DNA of 63,942 nucleotides, counting the filler. It is 7 parts of 7 records of this genome, joined end to end, with 100 filler letters (N's around TTAATTAATTAA, not from the genome) between each part and the next. Parts side by side here need not be neighbours in the genome. Positions count along the whole stretch, not along the records: positions 15,211 to 24,933 come from SRR2962707_4572; positions 25,034 to 31,678 come from SRR2962707_4574; positions 31,779 to 52,029 come from SRR2962707_4576; 4 more parts are not named here. The stretch is one strand, 5' to 3'. The position numbers and the translations under genes were made by a program. The notes beneath the pieces were generated by a model that was not told the origin of the DNA, ran no database searches, and saw only the letters and a program-made list of their open reading frames with translations. Below are positions 23,437-33,249 of this stretch, one piece after another (positions within the stretch are counted from its first letter, which is position 1; the number at the start of each line of letters is the position of its first letter).

Positions 23437-24561
23437 CTAAACCGCGACCTCCAGTGGCGGCACCTCCTGATGCAAGAACCACTTCTCCGTGACCACCTTG
23501 CGGGTAAACCAGTGTGAGCGCATCAAGGTGCTGGCGATGGGCTGTTTCAGCCAGTCCGGCACCTCAAAGCCGGGCTCCTGGTCCGTGGCCCGGGTTCCGA
23601 AGCGTTCGGCAATGCGTTCACCATAGCTTTGCAGCGAGAGCGCGGAATAATCCGTGGCGGCCTTGATAACATTGGCCGCCATCAGTGCCGATTCGATGGC
23701 GGGACGAATACCCTCGCCACTCTGGGTATAGGCCAGGCCGGCCGCATCGCCAATCAGCAACACGCCGTCATCCACCAGTGGTCGGTTGGCATGGGCATAC
23801 AGCAGATAGGCGTGACCTTTGAAGCGGCCTGGCAGGTCTGAAGGAATGCGGCCCGACTGTTTCATTTCCTCGACAAAAGCTTCCAGATGATCAGATAACC
23901 GGTGGTTGTCCTCACGGCCCAGGCCGATGTTCAGATAGCTGCCTTTCCGGAAAACCCAGGCGTAGCCCTTGAGATCCCGGCAGAACCAGAGCTCTGGCGT
24001 GTCGCCGCGGGCTTCGCAGGCGCGGGCCTGCTCTGGCGTCATCTCGAACTCCACTTCTTTGGCGGCCACCACGGTTTCATGCTTGCCCGGGCCGTCGCCC
24101 AACAGCCGTGCCACCGGGCAGAAATGACCCCCGGCACCCACCAGCAGCGGCGCCTGCCATTGATCGTTGATCACCCAGTTGCCGTTGTTCCGGTTGATGG
24201 ACTTTACCGCCGTTGCCAGTTGCTTTTCACACTCGGCACGGTCCAGCAGGTAGTCGTCGAATTCGCAGCGACGAATACCGTAGCTGACAATATCCCCGTG
24301 GTCGTTCTCCACCGCACTTTGCCCCATCATGCCGATCCGGAACCGGCGAATGGGTTGCAGTGTCCGGCCGACGGAATACTTCCCCGGATCAATGTCCAGG
24401 CTGGCCATCACTGCCGGCGTAACCCAGCCGGCGCAGGTCTTGTCCCGGGGGAAGGCTTGTTTGTCGATGATCAGTACCCGTTTGCCGGAGTTCTCCAGAG
24501 CCCGGGCCAGGGTTGAGCCGGCAGGGCCGGCCCCCACGATAATGATGTCGTAGTATTCCAT
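23437..24561 (-). CDS. Geranylgeranyl-reductase-family FAD oxidoreductase (probable TmpA-type methylene fatty-acid reductase)
   Basis: IVGAGPAGS, FPRDKTCAG, GYAWVF, LIGDAAG...GEGIRPA; overlaps the stop of the upstream cfa-like gene (TGATG). Confidence 0.8.
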   Translation of the reverse strand: MEYYDIIIVGAGPAGSTLARALENSGKRVLIIDKQAFPRDKTCAGWVTPAVMASLDIDPGKYSVGRTLQPIRRFRIGMMGQSAVENDHGDIVSYGIRRCEFDDYLLDRAECEKQLATAVKSINRNNGNWVINDQWQAPLLVGAGGHFCPVARLLGDGPGKHETVVAAKEVEFEMTPEQARACEARGDTPELWFCRDLKGYAWVFRKGSYLNIGLGREDNHRLSDHLEAFVEEMKQSGRIPSDLPGRFKGHAYLLYAHANRPLVDDGVLLIGDAAGLAYTQSGEGIRPAIESALMAANVIKAATDYSALSLQSYGERIAERFGTRATDQEPGFEVPDWLKQPIASTLMRSHWFTRKVVTEKWFLHQEVPPLEVAV

Positions 24562-24933
24562 CAGACCCCCTCTGGCGTGGCTGGAAACGTATAGAGTTCC
24601 TGCCGGCTCTGGGGCAGCTGGTTATTGTCGCCGTGGGTGAACACCACCTGGAACAACTGCAAAGAACCGGCCCGGAACGCGGCGATGGAACCAGCCAGAT
24701 ACAGTCGCCAGGCCCGGGTGAAATGTTCGTCGTACATCTCGGTGACCTGGTCCTGGTTGGCGGTGAAATTGTCCATCCAGTGGGTTAGGGTCTGAGCGTA
24801 ATGCAGCCGCAGGTTTTCCACATCCAGTACCGAGAAATCGCTGTGCTCGCAGATTTCCATGAACTCGCCAATGCTGGGCGGATAGGCGCCGGGGAAAATC
24901 CGCTTCTCGATCCAGGCGTTCATCAGCATGGGC
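24561..24933 (-). CDS. Cyclopropane-fatty-acid-synthase-like SAM methyltransferase, C-terminal fragment (probable TmpB type)
   Basis: WIEKRIFPGAYPP, VENLRLHYAQTL..W, RAWRLYL. Confidence 0.88.
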
Positions 24934-25033
24934 NNNNNNNNNNNNNNNNNNNNNNNNNNNNNNNNNNNNNNNNNNNNTTAATTAATTAANNNNNNNNNNN
25001 NNNNNNNNNNNNNNNNNNNNNNNNNNNNNNNNN

Positions 25034-25554
25034 AACGTCCCCATCAGGCGGCCCTCGTCATAGGCGTCTTCCAGCCCGTCCAGGAACATGTGGTCCTTGA
25101 CCTGATCGCCGTGGCCGAGGCGATACCCCTGCCGCGCTCTCGGCAGAATGTAAGGCGCGTTGGTCATGCTCTCCATGCCGCCGGCGACCATCACGTCATG
25201 CGCACCGGCGAGGATGTTGTCATGTGCCAGCATCGTCGCCTTCATCGCCGAGCCGCACATCTTGGACAGCGTCGTGCAGCCGGTCGACCACGGCAGCCCC
25301 GCCGCGTGTGCCGCCTGTCTCGCCGGCGCCTGTTTCAGACCGGCGAACAGGCACAGTCCCATAACGACGTCTTCGATATCTTCCGGCTTCACACCGGCGC
25401 GTTCGACCGCGGCACGGATCGCCGCACCGCCAAGTTCGGGTGCCGACATACCGGAAAGTGCGCCCTGAAAACCGCCCATCGGGGTGCGGGCGGCACCGGT
25501 GATCACTATCGGGTCCTTATCGGCCTTATTTGCGCTTAAAGTCATTAACGTCAC
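25034..25554 (-). CDS. Acetyl-CoA C-acyltransferase (thiolase), N-terminal part
   Basis: [37 protein letters not shown]. Confidence 0.95.
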
Positions 25555-25613
25555 TCCTCAAATCCGAAATACCTGCAAGTTCATGCAGGTTTTTGCAGGG
25601 TTGTCCGTATGTC

Positions 25614-26114
25614 TCAGTTGATCAGGTTCCAGACCGTGACACCCCAGATCAGCAAATAAAAAGCCACCACGACCCGTGCCGTGATGCCCCATTTTTTCTC
25701 TTCCGCATGAACCGCCGACCGCCAAACAGTGATCGTGGACCAGGTCCCGAACAGGATCATCAGCCCCCCGATCGCATACATGATGAAGCGTGCCGCGGTC
25801 ATGGATTCACTGACCCGTTCGGGATCGATGGTCAGTCCCGCGACGACACCGATGACCAGTGTGCCGACCGACAGCGCGAGCACAATTCCGTGTCCGAAAA
25901 AGAATCCGCCCCAAAAGGCGATCCACAACGGCAGCCTGCCCTGCAGCCCGCGGAGCCAGAACGGACCTTCCGGGTGCGGACCTTCGAAACCGTGCGAGCT
26001 GTTGTTGCCGGGTGTCAGCGAGGGCGGCTTCATACCCAGGCGTTTCGATGTCCCGTAGATATCTACGAACACCGGACCGCCGCCATGATCGCCGCCGCCG
26101 ACGTTATCACCCAT
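25614..26114 (-). CDS. Hypothetical membrane protein
   Basis: G.LPLWIAFW, three hydrophobic segments, VWRSA; sits in the operon after ivd. Confidence 0.7.
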   Translation of the reverse strand: MGDNVGGGDHGGGPVFVDIYGTSKRLGMKPPSLTPGNNSSHGFEGPHPEGPFWLRGLQGRLPLWIAFWGGFFFGHGIVLALSVGTLVIGVVAGLTIDPERVSESMTAARFIMYAIGGLMILFGTWSTITVWRSAVHAEEKKWGITARVVVAFYLLIWGVTVWNLIN

Positions 26115-26115
26115 G

Positions 26116-27288
26116 TCAGGAGGTTTCCTCGAACAGTTCCCGGCCGATCAGCCAGCGGCGAATTTCCGAGGTGCCGGCGCCGATCTCGTACAGCTTGGCA
26201 TCGCGCAGAAAACGCCCAGTCGGGCTCTCGTTGATATAGCCCATGCCGCCCAGACACTGGATCGCTTCGAGCGCCATCCACGTCGCTTTTTCGGCAGCAT
26301 AGAGAATGGCACCCGCGGCATCCTTGCGGCTTGTCTGCCCCTTGTCGCAGGCCCTGGCCACCGCATAGACGTAAGCCTTGGCGGCGTTCATGGTTGTGTA
26401 CATGTCGGCGATCTTGCCCTGCATAAGCTGGAATTCGCCGATGGATTTGCCGAACTGCTTGCGGTCATGCAGGTACGGCACCACCACGTCCATGCAGGAC
26501 TGCATGATACCCAGCGGACCGGCGGCCAGAACCGCACGTTCATAATCCAGACCGCTCATCAGGACGTTGACGCCCCTGCCTTCGCCGCCGAGGACATTCT
26601 CTGCCGGGACTTCGACATCCTCGAACACCAGTTCACAGGTGTTGGACCCGCGCATCCCCAGCTTGTCGAGTTTCTGTGCCTGTGAAAAACCGCCGAAACC
26701 GCGCTCGACGATGAATGCCGTAATACCGCGCGGACCGGCATCCATATCGGTCTTGGCATAAATCACATAGGTGTCTGCATCAGGACCGTTGGTAATCCAC
26801 ATTTTATTGCCGTTGAGGACATACCGGTCGCCTTTCTTGTCGGCACGGAGACGCATCGACACCACGTCTGACCCGGCGCCGGGTTCGCTCATCGCCAGGG
26901 CACCGACGTGTTCGCCGCTGATCAGCTTGTGCAGATAGCGGTCTTTCTGTTCCTGGGTGCCGTTGCGGCGGATCTGGTTGACGCAGAGATTGGAATGCGC
27001 ACCGTAGCTCAACCCCACGGAGGCCGAGGCACGGCTGATTTCTTCCATCGCCACGCAGTGTTCCAGGTACCCCATCGCGGCACCGCCGTACTCTTCCTCG
27101 ACCGTGATCCCCAGAAGTCCCATGTCGCCCATCTTGCGCCAGAGGTCCTTGGGGAAATCGTTGTCCCGGTCGATGTCATCGGCACGCGGGGCGATTTCAT
27201 CGGCAGCAAATCCGCTGACCGACTGGCGCAGCATGTCGGCGTCATCACCAAGACAGAAATTCAGTGTCGGATATTCATTGGGAATCAT
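26116..27288 (-). CDS. ivd: Isovaleryl-CoA dehydrogenase
   Basis: [67 protein letters not shown]. Confidence 0.97.
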   Translation of the reverse strand: MIPNEYPTLNFCLGDDADMLRQSVSGFAADEIAPRADDIDRDNDFPKDLWRKMGDMGLLGITVEEEYGGAAMGYLEHCVAMEEISRASASVGLSYGAHSNLCVNQIRRNGTQEQKDRYLHKLISGEHVGALAMSEPGAGSDVVSMRLRADKKGDRYVLNGNKMWITNGPDADTYVIYAKTDMDAGPRGITAFIVERGFGGFSQAQKLDKLGMRGSNTCELVFEDVEVPAENVLGGEGRGVNVLMSGLDYERAVLAAGPLGIMQSCMDVVVPYLHDRKQFGKSIGEFQLMQGKIADMYTTMNAAKAYVYAVARACDKGQTSRKDAAGAILYAAEKATWMALEAIQCLGGMGYINESPTGRFLRDAKLYEIGAGTSEIRRWLIGRELFEETS

Positions 27289-27342
27289 GGTCTGTTTCCG
27301 CCCCGTTTGCTCGTGTTCTAGAAGTAGGTACGAAGTGCCGGA

Positions 27343-27371
27343 ATTCTAGTTTACGTTTACGTTAACGTCAA
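27343..27371 (-). promoter_or_regulatory. ivd promoter overlapped by tandem LiuR operators
   Basis: Minus strand TTGACG-N17-TAGAAT; TTTACGTTTACGTTAACGTCAA (27350-27371) holds two overlapping TTTACGT-NN-ACGTAAA-like palindromes. Confidence 0.85.
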
Positions 27372-27373
27372 TT

Positions 27374-28222
27374 TTATGTGCCGCCCAAGTATATGGCCAA
27401 AGCGACCGCTATTGCGAACACACCAAGGGCGGCACTGAAATAGACAGCAAACCCGGATTGCACAGAATCGAGTATCATCCTGAGCAAGGCAAAAAACAGC
27501 CCTGAAAAAATTGAATAACCAATGAGCGAAGCCCAGCTCCGCCACACCGTCACATCAAACCCCATACCATGAAGCACAAGAAATCCCAGCCAATAGGCGG
27601 CATAAGCAATGGGAATGGCGAATAGCATCGAAGCCATAAACCGGTGCGTTTCCGTGTCTCGGAGGCGGCCGATACCCGTATGCGCCAATGACCAGATACC
27701 GGCATTGGCGGCGTATAGAATGACGGCGATGACGATCCCCCCAAGCGCCCCTTCCATGGGTGACCCTTTGATGATGTGCGAGGTCAGCGACCAGACGGCG
27801 TAATATGGCAACGCGACCATCGCGAGGATGGCACCAAATCCGGAAAGAATGGCACGGATCAATGCAGCAGATTTCACTTCCGCCAGCAAAAGATGCGCCA
27901 TCACCGATAACACGATCGACACGTAACATGTGATCAAGAAGGGCGAGCCCCCTTGAAGCACATTCGCCAGGGCTGCAAAAGGCAGGACAATAAACAAAAC
28001 GACCGGTGCAACCGGACCGAACACATTGTCCCGGTCATAGTCCTGAACAGCACGCTTCACGGCCAGATTGAAAGACTCCCGGATATGAGCCGCCGGCAAA
28101 GCCTTATCGTGCGTCGTGGTCAACCGCTCCTGAAGAAGCAAGCCGGCAAAGACGACAAATGCCGCGCCATATATCGTTAGGATGACGGATAACAAAATCA
28201 TTGCTGCGCCGAAACTTCTCAC
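27374..28222 (-). CDS. Hypothetical multi-pass membrane protein
   Basis: 282-aa ORF with many hydrophobic segments. Confidence 0.65.
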   Translation of the reverse strand: MRSFGAAMILLSVILTIYGAAFVVFAGLLLQERLTTTHDKALPAAHIRESFNLAVKRAVQDYDRDNVFGPVAPVVLFIVLPFAALANVLQGGSPFLITCYVSIVLSVMAHLLLAEVKSAALIRAILSGFGAILAMVALPYYAVWSLTSHIIKGSPMEGALGGIVIAVILYAANAGIWSLAHTGIGRLRDTETHRFMASMLFAIPIAYAAYWLGFLVLHGMGFDVTVWRSWASLIGYSIFSGLFFALLRMILDSVQSGFAVYFSAALGVFAIAVALAIYLGGT

Positions 28223-28316
28223 TCCCCATCTTCAATTCGAGGTCTCTGTAACGGTTTCCCATGCGGCGGCAGAATGGACAACCATTTTTGCAGTTGTATC
28301 CTTTGGGTCTAAGCGG

Positions 28317-28913
28317 TTACCAGATTGCAACCTCGACCCGCCGGTTCAACGGTTCTGCAATGTTATCTGCAGTTTTGACGATCAGGTCGGTCTCACCGTG
28401 TGAGCGCAAATCGACCAAATTCTCCTGCAAGCCGGCATCGACGAGCACCTGCTTGATCGCCGTTGCACGATTCAACGCCAAGCGATAGTTACCATCGGCG
28501 TTACCGACGGTATCGGTATGTCCGATGACCGTCGCACGCGCCAGTTTGCGCTTGTTGAACGATGCGATTATCTGCTCAAGGCTGTTGCGGGATTCTGCCG
28601 TCAGCGTCGATGTTCCGGTTTCGAAATACAACATAAAGCTCTGCGGTGCCTGAGGCGCGGCATCCAGTGCACGTTGAAACAACGAATTGATTTCATCACG
28701 AGTGAGCTGACGCGGTGCCGATGGTCCGCGTGAACTGCTGGACAGTGTGACGGCAGTGTTAGCTGTGGAAATAGTCTGCGTACCGGCATTGTTGGCGACG
28801 ACAATGCTACCAACCTTGCCATCCTCGTCCTCGACAAGAACGATGGTGTCTTCAGGCACACCCAGAATAATGCTTCCAATAAGCCAAACCAGAAGAAGTG
28901 AAATCGGTTCCAT
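28317..28913 (-). CDS. OmpA-family protein
   Basis: LYFETGTS, GHTDTVG..N..L.LNRA, SHGE, NRRVEV. Confidence 0.92.
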   Translation of the reverse strand: MEPISLLLVWLIGSIILGVPEDTIVLVEDEDGKVGSIVVANNAGTQTISTANTAVTLSSSSRGPSAPRQLTRDEINSLFQRALDAAPQAPQSFMLYFETGTSTLTAESRNSLEQIIASFNKRKLARATVIGHTDTVGNADGNYRLALNRATAIKQVLVDAGLQENLVDLRSHGETDLIVKTADNIAEPLNRRVEVAIW

Positions 28914-28925
28914 CAGGCGTGCTCC

Positions 28926-29381
28926 CTATTTTGCAACTTTGATCAGCACACGCGTGCCGCGTATGCCAATCGTCGAGAAGCGCGTTCTGAGATTGACCTT
29001 TTCCGGTGCCAGCTTGGCTATACGCCCGGACAAATAGGTAGCCGTACCGCTGAGGAATTTTGCCGCAAAGCCAAGCTTATTTTCCTGAGGTTCAAATACG
29101 AACCAGTCCAGTTCTACCTCGCTTTCCGGTCCAAGTGACAACACGGTGCCATCCTTGAGAGTGATGCCGATGGCGCCCGTAAGATCGGTGATAATCACAT
29201 CCCCCTCGTACACCGCACCGCCGGCATCGGCATTAGCCGCGACACCATTCCTGCGGATCGAAGCACCTGCATCCAAGGATTTTATCTGCCCGATAGCGCC
29301 CTGCGGCAACTCTGCATGAGCACGGTCATTTGCAGCCAGCACCAACACGAGTGCGAGAGATAAAAAGAAGCTTCTCATCAT
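28926..29381 (-). CDS. Secreted FecR-domain protein
   Basis: Signal peptide; GDVIIT, DGTVLSLGPES, TIGIRGT. Confidence 0.85.
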   Translation of the reverse strand: MMRSFFLSLALVLVLAANDRAHAELPQGAIGQIKSLDAGASIRRNGVAANADAGGAVYEGDVIITDLTGAIGITLKDGTVLSLGPESEVELDWFVFEPQENKLGFAAKFLSGTATYLSGRIAKLAPEKVNLRTRFSTIGIRGTRVLIKVAK

Positions 29382-29464
29382 GACTTCCCCTGATTAATCA
29401 ACATGACGGCCTATTGATTAACATTAGAAAAGTCTAAAGCACATTGTTGTACTGTTATAAATTG

Positions 29465-29920
29465 TTACCCGGTAATACCGCTTTTTCCAACGATGCGCAT
29501 AAGCGTCTGCTGCATCAGGGCACAAAGCTTTGTTTCGCCATTCTTGCGGACAAAGACCTCCCCCTTGGTGACGGTCAGGGTACGTCCGGGCTTGATGACT
29601 TCACCCCGGGCCATCAGCAGATCGCCATCCGCCGGCGACATCAGGTTGAGTTTGAATTCAACCGTCAACACGCCGTCGTCGGCGGCAAACAGGGTTGAGC
29701 CCGCATAACCACCCGCCGAGTCCACAACCGCTGCCACCCCACCGGCATGATAGAAACCATGCTGCTGGGTCAGGTCCTCGGAAAACGGCATTTCGATTTC
29801 AACCAGTCCCGGCTCGACACGGGTCATGACCGCACCAAGATGCGTCATCAACCCCTGACGGCCGAAACTGTGACGGACCCTTTCGGCGTAATCCGGATCG
29901 GCGACATCGAATGCCGCCAC
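29465..29920 (-). CDS. PaaI-family thioesterase
   Basis: LTQQHGFYHAG...DSAGGYA, TVEFKLNL, KPGRTL. Confidence 0.92.
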   Translation of the reverse strand: MAAFDVADPDYAERVRHSFGRQGLMTHLGAVMTRVEPGLVEIEMPFSEDLTQQHGFYHAGGVAAVVDSAGGYAGSTLFAADDGVLTVEFKLNLMSPADGDLLMARGEVIKPGRTLTVTKGEVFVRKNGETKLCALMQQTLMRIVGKSGITG

Positions 29921-29922
29921 GA

Positions 29923-30741
29923 TCAGGCGCCGATCCTGAGCGGCGAAACCAGACCTTCCAGCGTCGCCATGACGGAAAGCGGTGTCAGCTTGCCGGTCGC
30001 CGGATTCTCTTCCGTCGGGACACCGGCAATGGTGAATTCAAAACGTGTCGAGTCACTGTCCAGCTTGACCGTATGCGTATTCCGGTCAACCGCGGGATCG
30101 GCCCAGATTTCATACATGGTGTCATCCGGCCCCGCACCGGCGAGGCTGAGCGCCACTGCGACATTGACGTTGGCCGGGAACTTCTGCGCGGCATCGCGAA
30201 CGGACCCCTTGTAGAGACAAAGCGGTTCTTTCAGATCCGACAGATCAATCCCCTGCTCGATCACGAACGGCGCCTTGACCAGCCCCTTGGGCGGTTTGCG
30301 CGTGGCCATGACCAGCGAATGGATGGTGCCGTGACGCGCGGCGTTGACCGCATCGAACGCCATCAATGCACCCGTCGGCACAATGATTCTGGCTCCGGTC
30401 TGTTTGGCTTTTTCGATCAGGTCCGGACGTTCCAGCAACTGCGTCACCGTCACCGCAATCAGAATTTTTCCCTGCTCAATCGCCGGCTCGGCGAGATCGA
30501 AATAACGCGACGGCGGCAATCCTTCGACAATGATATCGGCCATCCCGACCAGGTCTTCCAGATCGACAATCGGCGGCTTGACCTTGAAGTCGGCGATCTT
30601 TTTCTGCGCCCCTTCCTTGTCGTTGGCGGATACGGCAACCAGCTCAAATCCATCGACCCCATTCGCCAGCCAGCGCGCTACAGGCAGACACACCGCACCA
30701 AGTCCGGCGACGGCAACTTTATAATTCTTCTTGGAGGTCAT
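29923..30741 (-). CDS. L-aspartate dehydrogenase family protein (NadX-like)
   Basis: VAGLGAV Rossmann motif, TRKPP, FPANVNVA, ADP...NTH, ENPATGKL; ATG 30741 after an AAGGA RBS. Confidence 0.88.
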   Translation of the reverse strand: MTSKKNYKVAVAGLGAVCLPVARWLANGVDGFELVAVSANDKEGAQKKIADFKVKPPIVDLEDLVGMADIIVEGLPPSRYFDLAEPAIEQGKILIAVTVTQLLERPDLIEKAKQTGARIIVPTGALMAFDAVNAARHGTIHSLVMATRKPPKGLVKAPFVIEQGIDLSDLKEPLCLYKGSVRDAAQKFPANVNVAVALSLAGAGPDDTMYEIWADPAVDRNTHTVKLDSDSTRFEFTIAGVPTEENPATGKLTPLSVMATLEGLVSPLRIGA

Positions 30742-30766
30742 GGGGTTCCTTTCAGGGTGGTTTTGT

Positions 30767-31150
30767 TTATTTATTCTGTTTCTGCGACAACAACTGCACG
30801 CACTGTTTCTCAAGCCGGTTCATTTCCGACAACGAGTCCTCGATATCCTTTTTCTGACTTTCAAGCACGCTTTTACGTTCACGTATCACGTCGACAAACT
30901 GCTTAAGCTGAGTGACTTCCGTGGGGTCGGCATCATAAAGATCAATCAGCCCGGCAATCTCGTCCAGGGACAAGCCCAGCCTTTTGCCGCGCATGATCAG
31001 GCGCAGCCGCACACGATCACGCGGGCTGTATATCCGCCGCTGACCTTCACGTGTTGGCGATATCAGGCCCTTGTCCTCGTAGAACCGGACGGTACGGGTC
31101 GTGACGCCGAATTCCTTCGCCAGTTCGGCAATGCCATAGGTTTCACTCAT
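30767..31150 (-). CDS. liuR: MerR-family regulator LiuR
   Basis: YGIAELAKEFGVTTRTVRFYEDKGL.P.R.G..RIYSPRDRVRL.LI.RGKRLG; clustered with ivd; operator upstream. Confidence 0.88.
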   Translation of the reverse strand: MSETYGIAELAKEFGVTTRTVRFYEDKGLISPTREGQRRIYSPRDRVRLRLIMRGKRLGLSLDEIAGLIDLYDADPTEVTQLKQFVDVIRERKSVLESQKKDIEDSLSEMNRLEKQCVQLLSQKQNK

Positions 31151-31156
31151 TCCGGA

Positions 31157-31186
31157 ATGCTAGGCGAGCTTTACGTTTACGTAAAG
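31157..31186 (-). promoter_or_regulatory. liuR promoter with LiuR operator (probable leaderless mRNA)
   Basis: Palindrome CTTTACGT-TT-ACGTAAAG at 31169-31186; minus strand TTTACG-N17-TAGCAT, then 6 nt to the ATG. Confidence 0.8.
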
Positions 31187-31290
31187 TAGCGATAGTGCGC
31201 CCCTTCGAGACGCGGCCCGACAATGCTATGGACACCTCATCCTGAGAAGGCCTGAAGAGCTGTCTCAATGGACCGGTAACAACTTTTACC

Positions 31291-31678
31291 TCAGAGTAGG
31301 ATCAGCGCCGCGAGCCCGAGGAAGGCAAAAAAGCCGACGACATCCGTGACCGTGGTCAGGAAGACGCTCGACGCAATCGCCGGGTCAGCACCAAAGCGTT
31401 CAAGCATGATCGGAATTGTGGTCCCGGCAAGTCCGGCAATGATCATATTGATGACCATCGCACTGGCGATAACGATGCCGAGGGTGGGGTTTCCGAACCA
31501 GAGCCAGGCGACGAGACCACTCAACACGGCGAAGGCGACGCCATTGAAGCAGCCGACAATAACTTCCTTGGTGATGACACGGGATGCGTTGGCCGCGGTC
31601 AGTTCCTTGGTCGCCAGGGCCCGCACGGTCACGGTCAGCGTCTGCGTGCCGGCATTGCCGCCCATGGAAGCGACAATC
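31291..31678 (-). CDS. mgtE: Magnesium transporter MgtE, C-terminal fragment
   Basis: MGGNAGTQT, DPAIASSVFLTTVTDVVGF. Confidence 0.95.
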
Positions 31679-31778
31679 NNNNNNNNNNNNNNNNNNNNNN
31701 NNNNNNNNNNNNNNNNNNNNNNTTAATTAATTAANNNNNNNNNNNNNNNNNNNNNNNNNNNNNNNNNNNNNNNNNNNN

Positions 31779-32756
31779 ATCCTGCGCCATTAGGCCAATT
31801 TCCGTCGGGCCGCCTGCCCTGTATCGATACAAATAGACCGGCAGACCATTATCCAATGTCCCGACACGCTCGATGTCGGTCTTGACCCGGCTGTCGGAGA
31901 ATTTCGTAATTGCCGCGCCACCCAAGGCACCGCCAAGACCGAACAGCCCGCCCTGCGTTGCCTGGTTACTAGCAAGCTGTTGATTGAAGGCGTTCTGCCG
32001 CGCCTGGAATGCCAACGCAGTTGGGCCTGTGATATCCGCTGGTGCAATGCCTGCTGTCGGGACAGGTGAGAATTGCGGCAGATTAACTCCCGAAGACGTT
32101 CCGAGAAGCGCCGACAGTTCATTGAGCGGCTGGTTGCGTTGTGTGAGGTTTTCCTGAATGGCCCTCTCCCGTGCAGCGCTCTCAAGGCCGAACAATCGGG
32201 ATTGCTCCGCACCGCCGGCGGCAACGGTGGCCAGCCTTGCATCGTTCTTTGCCTGGTTGAACTGCTCGAAGGCGTCGTTGAACCCCTCGCCTCCCTGGCT
32301 GAAGCCCTGATTGGCAAGCCGCGTGCGTAGCCGCTCTTCCTCGCGGTCGAACTGAGGCTGCAGGCGTTGAAAAAGAGAATCCTCTATCCGCTGGCGTGCC
32401 GCGTCGTCTGCCTCCGGCGGGGCGCCGAATTGCGAGAAGTCCAGTTCCGTCCCGAAGTTCGTTCCAATCCGCCCCAACTGATCGCTGCCGATGCCCAGCA
32501 GTTGGTTTGATATCTGGTTTTCCTGATCGAGCTTTGCCTGCTCGGCGGGGGAAAGTTCGGTGACACGGCGGAACCGCTCTATGCCGTCTTGCACTTCACC
32601 CGTCGATTCAAACCGCGACGTGCCGAACGGAGTAACCTCGTCTACTTGATTAAGCCGCGTCGTCGCGATGGCCGCCTCTTTGTTTGCGGCGCCCTGAGCA
32701 GCAGCGGTAGCGGCGGGATCGGGTGCCGCGGGTGCGCTCGGAGATTTCTTGCCCAT
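31779..32756 (-). CDS. Virion/ejection protein with C-terminal peptidase S74 chaperone domain (3' truncated)
   Basis: MGKKSPSAPAAPDP, Q/A-rich helical body, Gly-rich hydrophobic patch, FSDSRVKTDI..VG.L.NGL.VY.YRY..G..AQ. Confidence 0.8.
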
Positions 32757-33247
32757 TATGCGTGCGCCTCAGCCATTACAACGCCCCTTCCATCCTCCCA
32801 ATTCGGCAAATACTGCTTTTTGTATTCTTTCCAGAGCATTGAACAGATCACTCCATGAACACCGGGGCCGAACTGATGCCTCAAAGTCGCTTCTTTCTTA
32901 AACCCAATGCGCTGATTGAATTTGATGACCCGCTCCGAAGTGTGCGGCGTCGCGGTCCAAACCTTGTTGACCTTGTATTGAATGAAGGGAAACGAAAGCA
33001 GGTCTCGGAATGTCCCGCGTGTAGCCCACCGGGGATTACAGGCTGCCATGGTTATCTGGACCGTGGCGTGCCGCTCGATATACTCATGGAAAACACACAC
33101 GGCCATTAAGCGATCATGCTGCTCAGGCCCGGTTGCAACCCCTACGGCCTTAAACGGCCCGAAATCTTCGACACCATCGAATGTGTCAATTTGGCTAGCG
33201 GCCCATTCCCCCAGAAATTCGTCCTTGCCGTATATCAAATGCGCCAT
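32756..33247 (-). CDS. Phage GNAT-like acetyltransferase (DUF2824-like)
   Basis: RWATRG..LLSFPFIQ, KFNQRIGFKKEATLR; typical position after the nozzle gene. Confidence 0.75.
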   Translation of the reverse strand: MAHLIYGKDEFLGEWAASQIDTFDGVEDFGPFKAVGVATGPEQHDRLMAVCVFHEYIERHATVQITMAACNPRWATRGTFRDLLSFPFIQYKVNKVWTATPHTSERVIKFNQRIGFKKEATLRHQFGPGVHGVICSMLWKEYKKQYLPNWEDGRGVVMAEAHA

Positions 33248-33249
33248 CG

